A stretch of 64,000 nucleotides of DNA from Micavibrio sp. UBA6145 (GTDB taxonomy: Bacteria; Pseudomonadota; Alphaproteobacteria; Micavibrionales; UBA1664). The notes beneath the pieces are model-generated. The model was not told the origin of the DNA and did not search any database. It saw only the letters and a program-made list of their open reading frames with translations. A program made the position numbers and the translations under genes. The stretch is taken from the NCBI GenBank assembly GCA_002423205.1, contig DIUZ01000002.1, positions 65,409 to 129,408 of the forward strand, written 5' to 3'. Shown here one piece after another: positions 1 to 9,131 of the stretch; within the stretch, counting starts at the first letter, position 1, and each line of letters opens with the position of its first letter.

Positions 1-1
1 C

Positions 2-2605
2 GGTGAATTGATCCGCGCGCAGCAACAGCTCGCGGGCGCAACCGCCGGCAAAAACAAAGTCGGCGCCAGCGAAGACGAAATCAAACGCTACCAGGACGAA
101 ATCACCAAACTGGATGCCCAGATCGCGCAGATGGAATCATCACGCGCACAAACCAATAAACAGATTGCTGAACTGCAGGCGCAACTCTCCCGCATCGGCA
201 ACACCAATGAAATCCGCCAGCAGGTGGATATCGAGCGCGCACGCCGCGAAGCATCCGAACGCGCGATGGCTGAACTGCAATCTTCATCGCAGGGCCGCGA
301 CCAGGAAGTCGCGCGTCTGCAGCAGCAACTCGCAACCGTAAAGGCCACGCCCGCAAACGATCCGCAGGCCGCCGTTGAAAAAGCCCGCCGCCAGGCAACA
401 GAAAATGAATTGCAAAAGGCGAAATCCGTCGCCGGTGCCGCTGACGCTGAAGCCATTCGTCTGGCGAAAGCCAACGCCGCCATGCAACAGCAGATGACGC
501 AGTTGCAAGCCGCCGCCAGCAACGACAAGGTTGCGCAGATGTCCGCACAACTCGCCACGCTGGAACAACGCAACAGCGAACTGATGGCGCAATTACAGGC
601 TGCAAAAACGCAAAACGAAGCTGCCGCCCAAGCCAGCGTCATGACCACCAGCAACGACGCCGCCACCAACCAGAAAATTGCCGAGCTGGGCCGCAAGGCT
701 GCCGCCGATCAGGCTGAAACGCTGGCACTCCTCGAAGCCGAAAAATCACGCCGCCAGAAACTCGAAGCCCTGCTGGCGCAGGGCGGCAGCGAAACCGGCA
801 GCAAGGCGGAAGAACTTGCCCGCCATGTTGCGGATTTGAGCCTGCGCAACGCACAGCTTGAAAAACGCCTGAGCAGCGAGCAGGCCTCGCTGCCCGCATC
901 GACGGATGCGCAAGTGGCCCAGCTGCAAAAACAATTGTCGTCGATGAAAAGCGATAACGCGATGCTGGCTGAAAAACTGGCCGTGCAAAGCATGTCCGCA
1001 GGCACCGGCGCGCAGGGCGCTGACGCCGAACGCCTTCAAAAACAGGTATCTGTCCTGAAAAGCGATAACGAAATGCTCGCGCAGAAACTGGCATCGAAAG
1101 CCACGCCTGCCGCGGCCCCGGTTACTGCAACCGCGACGGTTTACTCGGGTGATGACCAGATTGCCAGCGCCCTGGCTGAAACCAAGTCATCGCTCGCCTC
1201 CGTGACGGCTGAGCGTGACGAATACCGCAACCTGCTGCAACGCGAACGCCTGTCGCCCAAGGATACGGGTAAAGCGGCGACACCCACCGAAGACGGCACC
1301 AATGCGCGTATCGCGGCGCTGGAAGCCGAGCGTGTGGACCTGGCCCGCAAACTTGAATTCGAAAGATCCAAAAACGAAGCGGCCGGCATACCGTCTGGCG
1401 GTGAACCTACGGGCGTCCTGAAAGAATTGCAGGACAAGCTGGCCGACCTTCAGTCGGAAAAGAGCAAGCTGGAAAAACAACTCAAAGTAACGCAGCAGGA
1501 CGTCATCGACGCACGCATCAAGGCGCAGAGCGCTGCCGTCGCGTCCACCATGCCTGCAGTGCCCGTGGCTGATGTTCAGGCTCTGGTCAGCGAGAACAAA
1601 AAACTGCAAACCGAACTTGCCGCCGGTGGCCGCAGCGCCAACCCGGAAAGCGGTGCCATGCAAAGCGAGATTGCTTCCCTGCGCGCACAAAACCAGGTTC
1701 TGGCAAGCGAAGTTAACCAGCGTCTGTCCGCAGCGCCCGACCGCGCGGCTATGGACAACGCTGCCGCTGCGGCCAATTACAAAATGAAGGAAGCCCAGAA
1801 CATCGCGCAGGCCTCGGCATCTGCCGATATTCAAAAGGCGCAGACACGCTTCAACGCGGCTGAGTCCGAGAATATCCGCCTTGCGAAAGAACTGGCTGCC
1901 GCCCGCAACCAGATCGCACAGGTGCAGGCTGCACCGGTACAGGCCGCACCGGTTATGCAGGCTGCCCCCGTTATCGCCGCCGCCGTGCCGGGTGTTCGGG
2001 CATCGCATATCTCGCGCCCCATCAACGATTACGACACGGTCCCCGCATCGCAACCCATGGCACCGATGGTTGTGACCGCCACCGTCGCGCAGGCCCCGGC
2101 CATGATGCCGGTGACGCCGACGCAAGTTGCGTATGCACCGGCCGTCAATGTCGGCCCGTCAGGGTCTGACATCGCGCAGTATCTGCGCCGCGCCGGTATC
2201 CCCATGGTGTCGGGATTTGAAAAGGTCAGCAAGGTTTCAGGCCCGCAATTCGGCGCATTCCGCTGGGACACCGGTACGGTGTTCGGCACGGCTGAACAGG
2301 CCATCATGCAAAGCCCCGGCGGGTTTGAGCAGGCGGTGAATGCGTACCTGGCCAAGACGCGCCAGCGTTGCACCGGCACGTTTGACGAATCCTTCGATGC
2401 CGGCCAGTTCGCCCACAACAAGGACTTCGCGGTCGCCGATGTCGCCTGCGTCATGCCGGACGGCACGGGGGCAGGGGCCGCCATGGTGTTCTATTACAAG
2501 GACGGCACCTTCAACGTCATCGCCCACGAAGGCGACATTACCCAGTTCGATCAGGCTATGAGCACCCGGGATTCTTTGGCCCGCTTCATGGAAGGCGTGA
2601 TCTGA
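2..2605 (+). CDS. Large coiled-coil protein, 5'-truncated by the window edge; function unknown
   Basis: The frame is open from the window edge, with no in-frame stop upstream of position 8. About 640 aa are Q/A/E/K/L-rich and look like coiled coil. There is an internal 37-aa repeat (LQKQxSxxKSDNxMLAxKLA) at 923-982 and 1034-1093. VQAAP x3 lies at 1922-1970, followed by a non-repetitive ~150-aa C-terminal domain. I recognise no family. Confidence 0.75.
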   Translation, partial: GELIRAQQQLAGATAGKNKVGASEDEIKRYQDEITKLDAQIAQMESSRAQTNKQIAELQAQLSRIGNTNEIRQQVDIERARREASERAMAELQSSSQGRDQEVARLQQQLATVKATPANDPQAAVEKARRQATENELQKAKSVAGAADAEAIRLAKANAAMQQQMTQLQAAASNDKVAQMSAQLATLEQRNSELMAQLQAAKTQNEAAAQASVMTTSNDAATNQKIAELGRKAAADQAETLALLEAEKSRRQKLEALLAQGGSETGSKAEELARHVADLSLRNAQLEKRLSSEQASLPASTDAQVAQLQKQLSSMKSDNAMLAEKLAVQSMSAGTGAQGADAERLQKQVSVLKSDNEMLAQKLASKATPAAAPVTATATVYSGDDQIASALAETKSSLASVTAERDEYRNLLQRERLSPKDTGKAATPTEDGTNARIAALEAERVDLARKLEFERSKNEAAGIPSGGEPTGVLKELQDKLADLQSEKSKLEKQLKVTQQDVIDARIKAQSAAVASTMPAVPVADVQALVSENKKLQTELAAGGRSANPESGAMQSEIASLRAQNQVLASEVNQRLSAAPDRAAMDNAAAAANYKMKEAQNIAQASASADIQKAQTRFNAAESENIRLAKELAAARNQIAQVQAAPVQAAPVMQAAPVIAAAVPGVRASHISRPINDYDTVPASQPMAPMVVTATVAQAPAMMPVTPTQVAYAPAVNVGPSGSDIAQYLRRAGIPMVSGFEKVSKVSGPQFGAFRWDTGTVFGTAEQAIMQSPGGFEQAVNAYLAKTRQRCTGTFDESFDAGQFAHNKDFAVADVACVMPDGTGAGAAMVFYYKDGTFNVIAHEGDITQFDQAMSTRDSLARFMEGVI

Positions 2606-2625
2606 TTAACCTTTTAAGGGCAGAA

Positions 2626-2648
2626 ATGGCGGAATACCGCCGTTTCTT
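2626..2648 (+). terminator. Possible intrinsic terminator after the coiled-coil gene
   Basis: GGCGG-AATA-CCGCC hairpin (2628-2641) followed by GTTTCTT. The stem is short. Confidence 0.35.
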
Positions 2649-2737
2649 AAAAATTACCTAAAAATTTAATTAAAATTTTCGATAACTTTTTCCTAACCTT
2701 CGATCCGTAGAATGGGGTCAAAGCAGGAAAAAGCATC

Positions 2738-4435
2738 GTGTTCAAAGACCAAACCCTACTCTTCGAAAAAACGCTGGCCGATCTGGGTCAGGTGGGCTTC
2801 TCATGGCGTATCGCCGACGGGAAACTGGAATGGCACGGCAATGCTGCCGTCGTTCTGGGCGTTTCGCAGACGGATATTCCGGGTACGGCCCATGATCTCA
2901 AGCTTCTGATCAATCCGCAGGATCTCCCCAATTTTATGACCGCCTTGCAGGACCATGCCCATCATCTGGGCACCGCGGGCGAAGACCGTACCATTCGCGT
3001 CAGTGAACCCTTCCGCATTCGCATGCGTGACGGCACCCAGCGCGCCATGCGTCTGGAAGGCCGTATTGCATGCGAAGAAGAAACCGGCGCGGCCGTTCTT
3101 TCGGGTATCATGATGTACGACCCTGCAACCGCCTATGCGGCCAGCGTCAACGTCCTCTCCACCCGTAACGCTATTTCATCGGCCATCGAACACATCCTGC
3201 TCAGCCGCTCCAGCGCGGTGCGTAACCGCGGCTATTTCATGGCTCTGGGTCTGGACCGTGTGGGCCTGCTCAATGCCGCACACGGCGCATCTTTTGTTGA
3301 TACCGTCCTGGTCGAAGTCGAACACCGCCTCGGCGCGTTTCTCGCGGGCAAGGCTGCCGTCGGACGCATGTCCGGTGACGTATACGGCCTGATTTTCGAA
3401 GACCTGCCGCACAGCCAGGCTGATGCGCTGGCGGCGGCTTTGCTGCAACTCTTTACCTCCACCCCTGTTTTGACGCTGCATGGCCCGGTTGTTATCGGTC
3501 TGTCGATTGGCGGCGCTGCACTGATCACCACCGACGAAAAAGGCAGCGATGTCGTTGCCCGTGCCGAAGCCGCTTTGGCGCAAGGTAAGAAAAAAGGCCG
3601 TGGCTGCTTTATCGTTTCAAGCCCGCTGACCGAAGAACGCGAAGTGGCCCGCAAGCTTCTGGCTGGTGGTCATGCCGTTTACAAGGCATTGGAAGAAGGG
3701 CGCATGCGCATGGCCTTCCAGCCCGTCATGGACATGGATTCCAAGAACACGATTTTTTATGAAAGCCTGATCCGCATGGTCGACAGCAACGGCCGCCTTG
3801 TGCGCGCTGATGAATTCGTACCCGCGCTGGAGCGTCTGGGCATGATGCGTCTGCTCGATATCTACGCCCTGCATTCCGCGGTCAAGGAACTGTCCGAATT
3901 CCCGAATATCAGCCTGTCCGTCAATGTTTCGCCCATGTCGCTGGTCGATGCCGGCTGGCTGCGGGCTGCGGTGTCGCTGATGTCCAATCGCCCGGCTGTT
4001 GCAAAACGCCTGATCGTCGAAATCACGGAAAGCAGCGCGATGGATGACCTACAATCCGCCGTCCGCGTGCTCAATACGCTGAAAGAACTGGGCTGCCGCA
4101 TCGCGCTTGATGATTTCGGCGCGGGCCAGACATCGTTCAGCCAGATCAAGAAACTGTCGGTCGATATCGTCAAGATCGACAAGCATTACATCCGCAACAT
4201 CTCGGACCCCGTCAACCAGATCTTCGTCAAATCGCTGCTGGAGCTGGCCGAGCGGCTTGGCCTTCAGACCGTCGCCGAAGGCGCCGAGACTATGGAAGAG
4301 GCAGAGTTCCTGCGCGATGAAGGTATTCGCAATATTCAGGGTTATGCGTTCGGCTTCCCGTCGATCGAGCGTGTGTGGTTGCCCAAAACGCATGAACTGC
4401 GTACGACCACACCTAAAACCGCGTCAAACGTTTAA
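2738..4435 (+). CDS. PAS-like / degenerate GGDEF / EAL domain protein (probable c-di-GMP phosphodiesterase)
   Basis: GTG start. The C-terminal half carries the EAL-family blocks: FQPV, YESLIR, NVSP, EITES, DDFGAG, KIDK, EGAET, QGYAFG. The central domain is GGDEF-like but has SGDVY where GG(D/E)EF is expected. Confidence 0.85.
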   Translation: MFKDQTLLFEKTLADLGQVGFSWRIADGKLEWHGNAAVVLGVSQTDIPGTAHDLKLLINPQDLPNFMTALQDHAHHLGTAGEDRTIRVSEPFRIRMRDGTQRAMRLEGRIACEEETGAAVLSGIMMYDPATAYAASVNVLSTRNAISSAIEHILLSRSSAVRNRGYFMALGLDRVGLLNAAHGASFVDTVLVEVEHRLGAFLAGKAAVGRMSGDVYGLIFEDLPHSQADALAAALLQLFTSTPVLTLHGPVVIGLSIGGAALITTDEKGSDVVARAEAALAQGKKKGRGCFIVSSPLTEEREVARKLLAGGHAVYKALEEGRMRMAFQPVMDMDSKNTIFYESLIRMVDSNGRLVRADEFVPALERLGMMRLLDIYALHSAVKELSEFPNISLSVNVSPMSLVDAGWLRAAVSLMSNRPAVAKRLIVEITESSAMDDLQSAVRVLNTLKELGCRIALDDFGAGQTSFSQIKKLSVDIVKIDKHYIRNISDPVNQIFVKSLLELAERLGLQTVAEGAETMEEAEFLRDEGIRNIQGYAFGFPSIERVWLPKTHELRTTTPKTASNV

Positions 4436-4455
4436 GTACCAGTGTCCCAGTAAAT

Positions 4456-4487
4456 GAAAAAGGCCCTCTGTCCGGGGGCCTTTTTTA
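4456..4487. terminator. Bidirectional intrinsic terminator between the convergent EAL gene and phaR
   Basis: AAAAA-AGGCCC...GGGCCT-TTTTTT. The GC stem (4461-4466 / 4476-4481) is flanked by an A-run on one side and a T-run on the other. Confidence 0.7.
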
Positions 4488-4495
4488 TATCTTAT

Positions 4496-4589
4496 TTGCG
4501 AGGAGCGAAGCGACGTGGCAATCCATACGGCTTATCTGGTCGTACATATGCATGGATTGCTTCGTCGGCCCTTATGGGCCTTCTCGCAA
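4496..4589. repeat. ~94-bp compound imperfect palindrome (REP/MITE-like or structured 3'-UTR element)
   Basis: Outer arms are TTGCGAG (4496-4502) and CTCGCAA (4583-4589). Inner arms are CGACGtgGCAATCCAT (4511-4526) and ATGGATTGCttCGTCG (4552-4567). A nested hairpin GGCCC-TTAT-GGGCC lies at 4567-4580. Confidence 0.6.
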
Positions 4590-4595
4590 TGACAA

Positions 4596-5216
4596 TTACT
4601 GAATGAGGCCGCGCAGCTCTTCCTGAAGCTTGGTGATATTGGCCTTCAGGGATTTTACGCGCTCATCACGCGATTGCGGCTTGCTGTCTGCCGTATGACC
4701 GGCAGGGGCGGCACCGCCCTTGGCGTCTCCAGCCTTGAACGGGGAAAACATGCCGATGGTCTGCGAGAACATCTCCATGTTTTTACGGTTCAGTTCCTCG
4801 AACGCGCCTGCGCCCGGGATCATGTTCATGCCCGGCATCATGCCGGTAAACGACTTGGACATGGAACTGCGCAGGGTTTCCTGGTGGGTAACGAAATTGG
4901 CCAGCGCCTGTTCCAGGTAGTTGGGGACCAGACCCTGCATGCCGTCGCCGTAAAACTTGATCAGCTGGCGCAGGAAGTTGGGCGGCAGCATGGACTGGCC
5001 GCGGGATTCCTGTTCAACGATGATCTGGGTCAGGACCTGCTGCGTCAGGTCTTCCGCCGTCTTGGCGTCCTGAACGACGAATTCCTGGCCTTCCTTGATC
5101 ATCTCGCACAGATCGTCGAGCGTCACATACGACGAACGGCCGGTGTCGTACAAACGGCGGTTGGCGTATTTCTTGACGATAATGACATCGTCCTTTTTCT
5201 TACGCGGGCGTACCAT
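4596..5216 (-). CDS. phaR: PHA synthesis repressor PhaR
   Basis: From the ATG at 5216 the translation reads MVRPRKKKDDVIIVKKYANRRLYDTGRSSYVTLDDLCEMIKEG..., the typical PhaR N-terminus. The longer tracked ORF (to 5831) runs antisense into the neighbouring gene. Confidence 0.9.
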   Translation of the reverse strand: MVRPRKKKDDVIIVKKYANRRLYDTGRSSYVTLDDLCEMIKEGQEFVVQDAKTAEDLTQQVLTQIIVEQESRGQSMLPPNFLRQLIKFYGDGMQGLVPNYLEQALANFVTHQETLRSSMSKSFTGMMPGMNMIPGAGAFEELNRKNMEMFSQTIGMFSPFKAGDAKGGAAPAGHTADSKPQSRDERVKSLKANITKLQEELRGLIQ

Positions 5217-5264
5217 GACGTGAAACTCCTTGATGATATTGTAGTCGGATATAATTAATATATA

Positions 5265-5349
5265 TGCACAAAAGCAATGAAACGAAAAGCCCCACCACGC
5301 GCAGCAAAAATTTCTGAGTCCTTGCAAGGGGTTAGGGAAAACGCAGCAA
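5265..5349. promoter_or_regulatory. Divergent phaR / phaC-like promoter region with TGC/GCA-rich repeats (candidate PhaR operators)
   Basis: An A/T-rich core (GGATATAATTAATATATA) lies in this region. TGCACAAAAGCA is at 5265-5276. The direct repeat CGCAGCAA occurs at 5300-5307 and 5342-5349, 42 bp apart. Confidence 0.3.
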
Positions 5350-6470
5350 TGCGCCATACCGCGTATCGCGACGGGCCCAAGCCCTTTAACCTGCATCTCT
5401 TCACCACCGCCTGCCTTTTGTCGGCTGCCGCCTGGCCCGTGGCCAGCGACCCCGATAAGCGCGATGACGTAACCCGGGTCGTGGCCGATATGACAGCCGA
5501 CATGATGCGTGGTCTGGATGCTTACCGCGCGTCGTCTTTCCGGGCAGACAAGCCGCAGCATAAATCCGTATGGTCCAGGGGCAGCACCCGTCTGCTCCAT
5601 GCCGGAGACGGCGAGGGGGTACAGGTGCTGGTCGTGCCGTCCCTGGTCAACCGCTATGACATCCTTGATCTGGACGCACGGCATTCCTTCGTGGCCTATC
5701 TGAAGGGGCAGGGGTTCGATCCCTATATTCTCGACTGGGGTGCCCCCGGTCCGGCTGAAAAAACATTCACCGTCGATGACTACATCACCACGCGCCTCTA
5801 CCCCGCGCTGGGTCAGCTTACCAATCCGCATGTCATCGGTTATTGTATGGGCGGGACCATGGCGGCGGGGGCTGTTGCTGCCTTACCGGATCAGTCGAAT
5901 GTCCGTTCCCTGACCCTTCTGGCCGCACCGTGGGATTTCCATGCGGGCGATCCCAACATGCCCTTGCGCATGAGCAGCTACGCCGTATCCGCCAGCGGCG
6001 TGATGGAAGCCACCGGCACCCTGCCGGTCGACTGGATACAGGCCCTGTTCGCCTCCATCGACCCGCTTTTTGCCTTCAACAAATTCCGTGCCTTTGCGGA
6101 TATGGATCAGGCATCCGAAAAGGCACGCCGTTTTGTCATCGTCGAAGACTGGCTGAATGACGGCGTCGACCTGACCGCGCCCGCGGCGGCGCAGGCATTG
6201 AATCAGTGGTATGTCGGGAATGAGCCGCATAACGGCGTATGGACCATCGGCAAAAGCCTGGTCGTGGCGTCAAACATCACCGTGCCGGCATTCGTGGTTG
6301 CGGCCGGAAATGACAAGCTGGTCCCTGCGCCCTCTGCGCTCGCCATCGCGCAGCAAATTGCCGTCTCAGAAAGCATAAGCCCCGACATCGGACATATCGG
6401 CATGATGGCATCCGACCGAGCCATGACGGCCGTATGGCAACCGGTCGCGGCGTGGCTTAAAAACAAATAA
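5349..6470 (+). CDS. Short PHA synthase-like alpha/beta hydrolase (PhaC-like, GxCxG box)
   Basis: The translation has an alpha/beta-hydrolase layout with a lipase-box variant GYCMGG (Cys nucleophile, as in PHA synthases). It sits in a phaR / phaA / phaB context. I prefer the start at 5349 because GGGAAA lies 8 nt upstream. The alternative ATG at 5277 has no Shine-Dalgarno (SD) sequence. Confidence 0.65.
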   Translation: MRHTAYRDGPKPFNLHLFTTACLLSAAAWPVASDPDKRDDVTRVVADMTADMMRGLDAYRASSFRADKPQHKSVWSRGSTRLLHAGDGEGVQVLVVPSLVNRYDILDLDARHSFVAYLKGQGFDPYILDWGAPGPAEKTFTVDDYITTRLYPALGQLTNPHVIGYCMGGTMAAGAVAALPDQSNVRSLTLLAAPWDFHAGDPNMPLRMSSYAVSASGVMEATGTLPVDWIQALFASIDPLFAFNKFRAFADMDQASEKARRFVIVEDWLNDGVDLTAPAAAQALNQWYVGNEPHNGVWTIGKSLVVASNITVPAFVVAAGNDKLVPAPSALAIAQQIAVSESISPDIGHIGMMASDRAMTAVWQPVAAWLKNK

Positions 6471-6556
6471 GGTTGCACCGCACAAAAACCCGTCCTTGAT
6501 GCTGACCTCCGCCTTATATAGGTTGCGCACACGCTTTCAAAAAAGGGGCCCCTCAC

Positions 6557-7765
6557 ATGACCACCGATCCCGTCGTAATCGTCGCCGCCAAACGCACCGC
6601 CGTTGGCACATTCAATGGAACACTGGCCGACACCCCCGCCCACCAGCTGGGGGCCATTGTCATCAAGGGCGCACTCGCTGATTGCGCCGTCAAACCGGAC
6701 GAGGTCGACGAAGTTGTACTGGGCCAGATCCTGACCGCAGGACAGGGACAGGGCCCCGCACGCCAGGCCGCCATCGCCGCCGGCATCCCGCAGGAAAAAA
6801 CCGCTTACAGCGTGAACCAGTTATGCGGCTCCGGCCTGCGCACGGTCGCGCTGGCGACACAGGCCATTTTGTGCGGTGACGCCGATATCGTCGTCGCCGG
6901 CGGCCAGGAGAATATGAGCCTTGCCCCCCACGCCATGCATTTGCGTGGCGGCGTCAAAATGGGCGAGGCCAAGATGACCGACACTATGATCAAGGACGGT
7001 CTGTGGGATGCCTTCAACGATTATCACATGGGCATGACGGCCGAAAATATCGCAGCAAAATACGCGATCACCCGCGCTGACCAGGATAACTTCGCCGCCC
7101 AGTCCCAGCAACGCGCCGAGGCCGCCATCAAGGCCGGTAAGTTCGATGCTGAAATCGTGCCCGTCACGATCAGGAAGAAGAAAGAGGACATCGTCTTCAA
7201 CAAGGACGAATTCCCCCGCGCCGGCGTCACCGCCGAAGCCATCGGCGGCATGAAGCCCGCCTTCAAATCCGACGGCGGTACGGTCACCGCCGCCAACGCA
7301 TCGGGCCTCAACGACGGCGCTGCCGCCCTTGTCCTGATGCGCGCATCCGAGGCCAAAAAACGCGGCCTCAAACCCTTTGCCCGCGTCGTCAGCTGGGCCA
7401 CTGCCGGTGTCGACCCGGCTGTCATGGGTACCGGGCCGATCCCGGCCAGCCAAAAGGCGCTGGATAAAGCGGGCTGGAAAGTCGCGGATCTGGATCTGGT
7501 TGAATCAAACGAAGCCTTCGCGGCGCAGGCATGCTGCGTTGTGAAAGAACTCAAACTCGACCCATCCAAAGTAAATGTTAACGGCGGAGCGATAGCCATC
7601 GGTCACCCGATCGGCGCATCCGGCGCACGTGTGCTGGTCACCTTGCTGCATGAAATGGCCCGCACCGACGCTAAAAAAGGTCTGGCCACGTTGTGCATCG
7701 GCGGCGGCATGGGGATCGCCCTGACTGTGGCACGTGACAACACGATGGAATGGAAAAAAATCTAA
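6557..7765 (+). CDS. phaA: Acetyl-CoA acetyltransferase (beta-ketothiolase)
   Basis: Thiolase hallmarks are present: [10 protein letters not shown] (active-site Cys), [39 protein letters not shown] upstream. Confidence 0.95.
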   Translation: MTTDPVVIVAAKRTAVGTFNGTLADTPAHQLGAIVIKGALADCAVKPDEVDEVVLGQILTAGQGQGPARQAAIAAGIPQEKTAYSVNQLCGSGLRTVALATQAILCGDADIVVAGGQENMSLAPHAMHLRGGVKMGEAKMTDTMIKDGLWDAFNDYHMGMTAENIAAKYAITRADQDNFAAQSQQRAEAAIKAGKFDAEIVPVTIRKKKEDIVFNKDEFPRAGVTAEAIGGMKPAFKSDGGTVTAANASGLNDGAAALVLMRASEAKKRGLKPFARVVSWATAGVDPAVMGTGPIPASQKALDKAGWKVADLDLVESNEAFAAQACCVVKELKLDPSKVNVNGGAIAIGHPIGASGARVLVTLLHEMARTDAKKGLATLCIGGGMGIALTVARDNTMEWKKI

Positions 7766-8490
7766 TGTCCAAAAAGCTTGCAATTGTAACCGGCGGCACG
7801 CGCGGTATCGGCGCATCCATATCAAAGGCTCTGATCGCGGATGGCTTCGAAGTCGCCGCAATTTATCACGGTAACATTGATGCCGCGAACGCCTTCAAGG
7901 CTGAAACCGGCGGCCATATTTACAAGGTCGATGTCGCAAGCTTTGCCGATGTGCGGGCAGGGGTCGAACAGATCGAAAAAGACCTGGGTCCCGTCAGCGT
8001 GCTGGTCAATAACGCCGGTATCACCAAGGATTCCATGCTGCATAAAATGGAAGAAGATGCATGGCACGCGGTCATCGAAACCAACCTGACATCCTGCTTC
8101 AACATGTGCCGCGCCGTTATCGGCGGCATGCGTGAACGCAGCTTTGGCCGCGTTATCAACATCTCGTCCATCAATGGGCAAAAAGGTCAGTTGGGCCAGA
8201 CCAATTATTCCGCCGCCAAGGCAGGCATCATCGGTTTCACCAAGGCACTGGCGCTGGAATCCGCCGCCAAGGGCATTACGGTCAACGCCATTTGCCCCGG
8301 TTATATCGAAACCGAAATGACCGGCGCGATGAAACAGGAAGTACTGGACGGTATCATCCGTTCCATCCCGGCGGCACGCATGGGCAAGCCTTCGGAAATT
8401 GCTGATATCGTGGCCTTCCTTGCCTCTGACAAGGCCGCCTTTATCACCGGCTCAACACTGACCGCCAATGGCGGCCAATACATGGCTTGA
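7765..8490 (+). CDS. phaB: Acetoacetyl-CoA reductase (SDR)
   Basis: The translation shows TGGTRGIG, NNAGIT, YSAAKAG and the PGYIETEM pattern of PhaB/FabG-type SDRs. The ATG overlaps the phaA stop (TAATG at 7763-7767). Confidence 0.9.
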   Translation: MSKKLAIVTGGTRGIGASISKALIADGFEVAAIYHGNIDAANAFKAETGGHIYKVDVASFADVRAGVEQIEKDLGPVSVLVNNAGITKDSMLHKMEEDAWHAVIETNLTSCFNMCRAVIGGMRERSFGRVINISSINGQKGQLGQTNYSAAKAGIIGFTKALALESAAKGITVNAICPGYIETEMTGAMKQEVLDGIIRSIPAARMGKPSEIADIVAFLASDKAAFITGSTLTANGGQYMA

Positions 8491-8521
8491 CCCCCTATAG
8501 GGGCCAGCTACCATTATCGCC

Positions 8522-9037
8522 ATGGCCAAAATGATCCCCATTCTCGAACGTCGTTATGTCGCCGAAGGACGCGACATTTTCGTGCAGGGCGAGGAAGGTG
8601 ATATGACCGCCTATATCATCCAGTCGGGCAGTGTGGCCCTCCTGCAGGAAAAAGACGGCAAACAAATCGAAATCGCCAAGCATTACCAGGGTGACATTAT
8701 CGGTGAAGCCGCCCTTGTGCTGGACGAACCCCGCGCGGCCACCGCGCGCACGTTGCAGGACTGCAATCTCATCATCATCAACCGTCAGGTCATGGACGAC
8801 AAGCTCAAGGAATCCGACCTGGCCGTGCGCGCCGTCATCCGCCTGATGAAGGAACGCCTTAAAGCCGCGCGTCCCACCGGCGGCGTTGGCGAAGTCAACC
8901 GCCTGTTCAGTGACGCCTTCAAACTGGTTGTCGCGCAACTGACACCCGGCCAGCGCAAGGCCTACCAGCAGGAAGCATCGCCAATTTTGCGCGAATTCCT
9001 GAATCTCACGCAAAACTATATCGACGGTAAGAAGTAA
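8522..9037 (+). CDS. Stand-alone cyclic-nucleotide-binding domain protein
   Basis: The cNMP-binding beta-barrel pattern is present: ...GRDIFVQGEEGDMTAYIIQSGSVALL...GDIIGEAALV...PRAATARTL. I see no DNA-binding HTH. Confidence 0.75.
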   Translation: MAKMIPILERRYVAEGRDIFVQGEEGDMTAYIIQSGSVALLQEKDGKQIEIAKHYQGDIIGEAALVLDEPRAATARTLQDCNLIIINRQVMDDKLKESDLAVRAVIRLMKERLKAARPTGGVGEVNRLFSDAFKLVVAQLTPGQRKAYQQEASPILREFLNLTQNYIDGKK

Positions 9038-9131
9038 GATCCGGTTTTTGCTGGGATTTTTATCCGGGCGCGGCCTTGATTTGGCCAGAAAGCACACCCA
9101 TACTCTTGGCATCTAACCGGAGATATGGAAT

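Noticed and set aside
4596-5831. The 411-aa minus-strand ORF taken as a long form of PhaR
   Set aside because: The conserved PhaR N-terminus (MVRPRKKKDDVIIVKKYANRRLYDT) begins at the internal ATG at 5216. The upstream 205 codons are antisense to the phaC-like gene and have no protein-like features.
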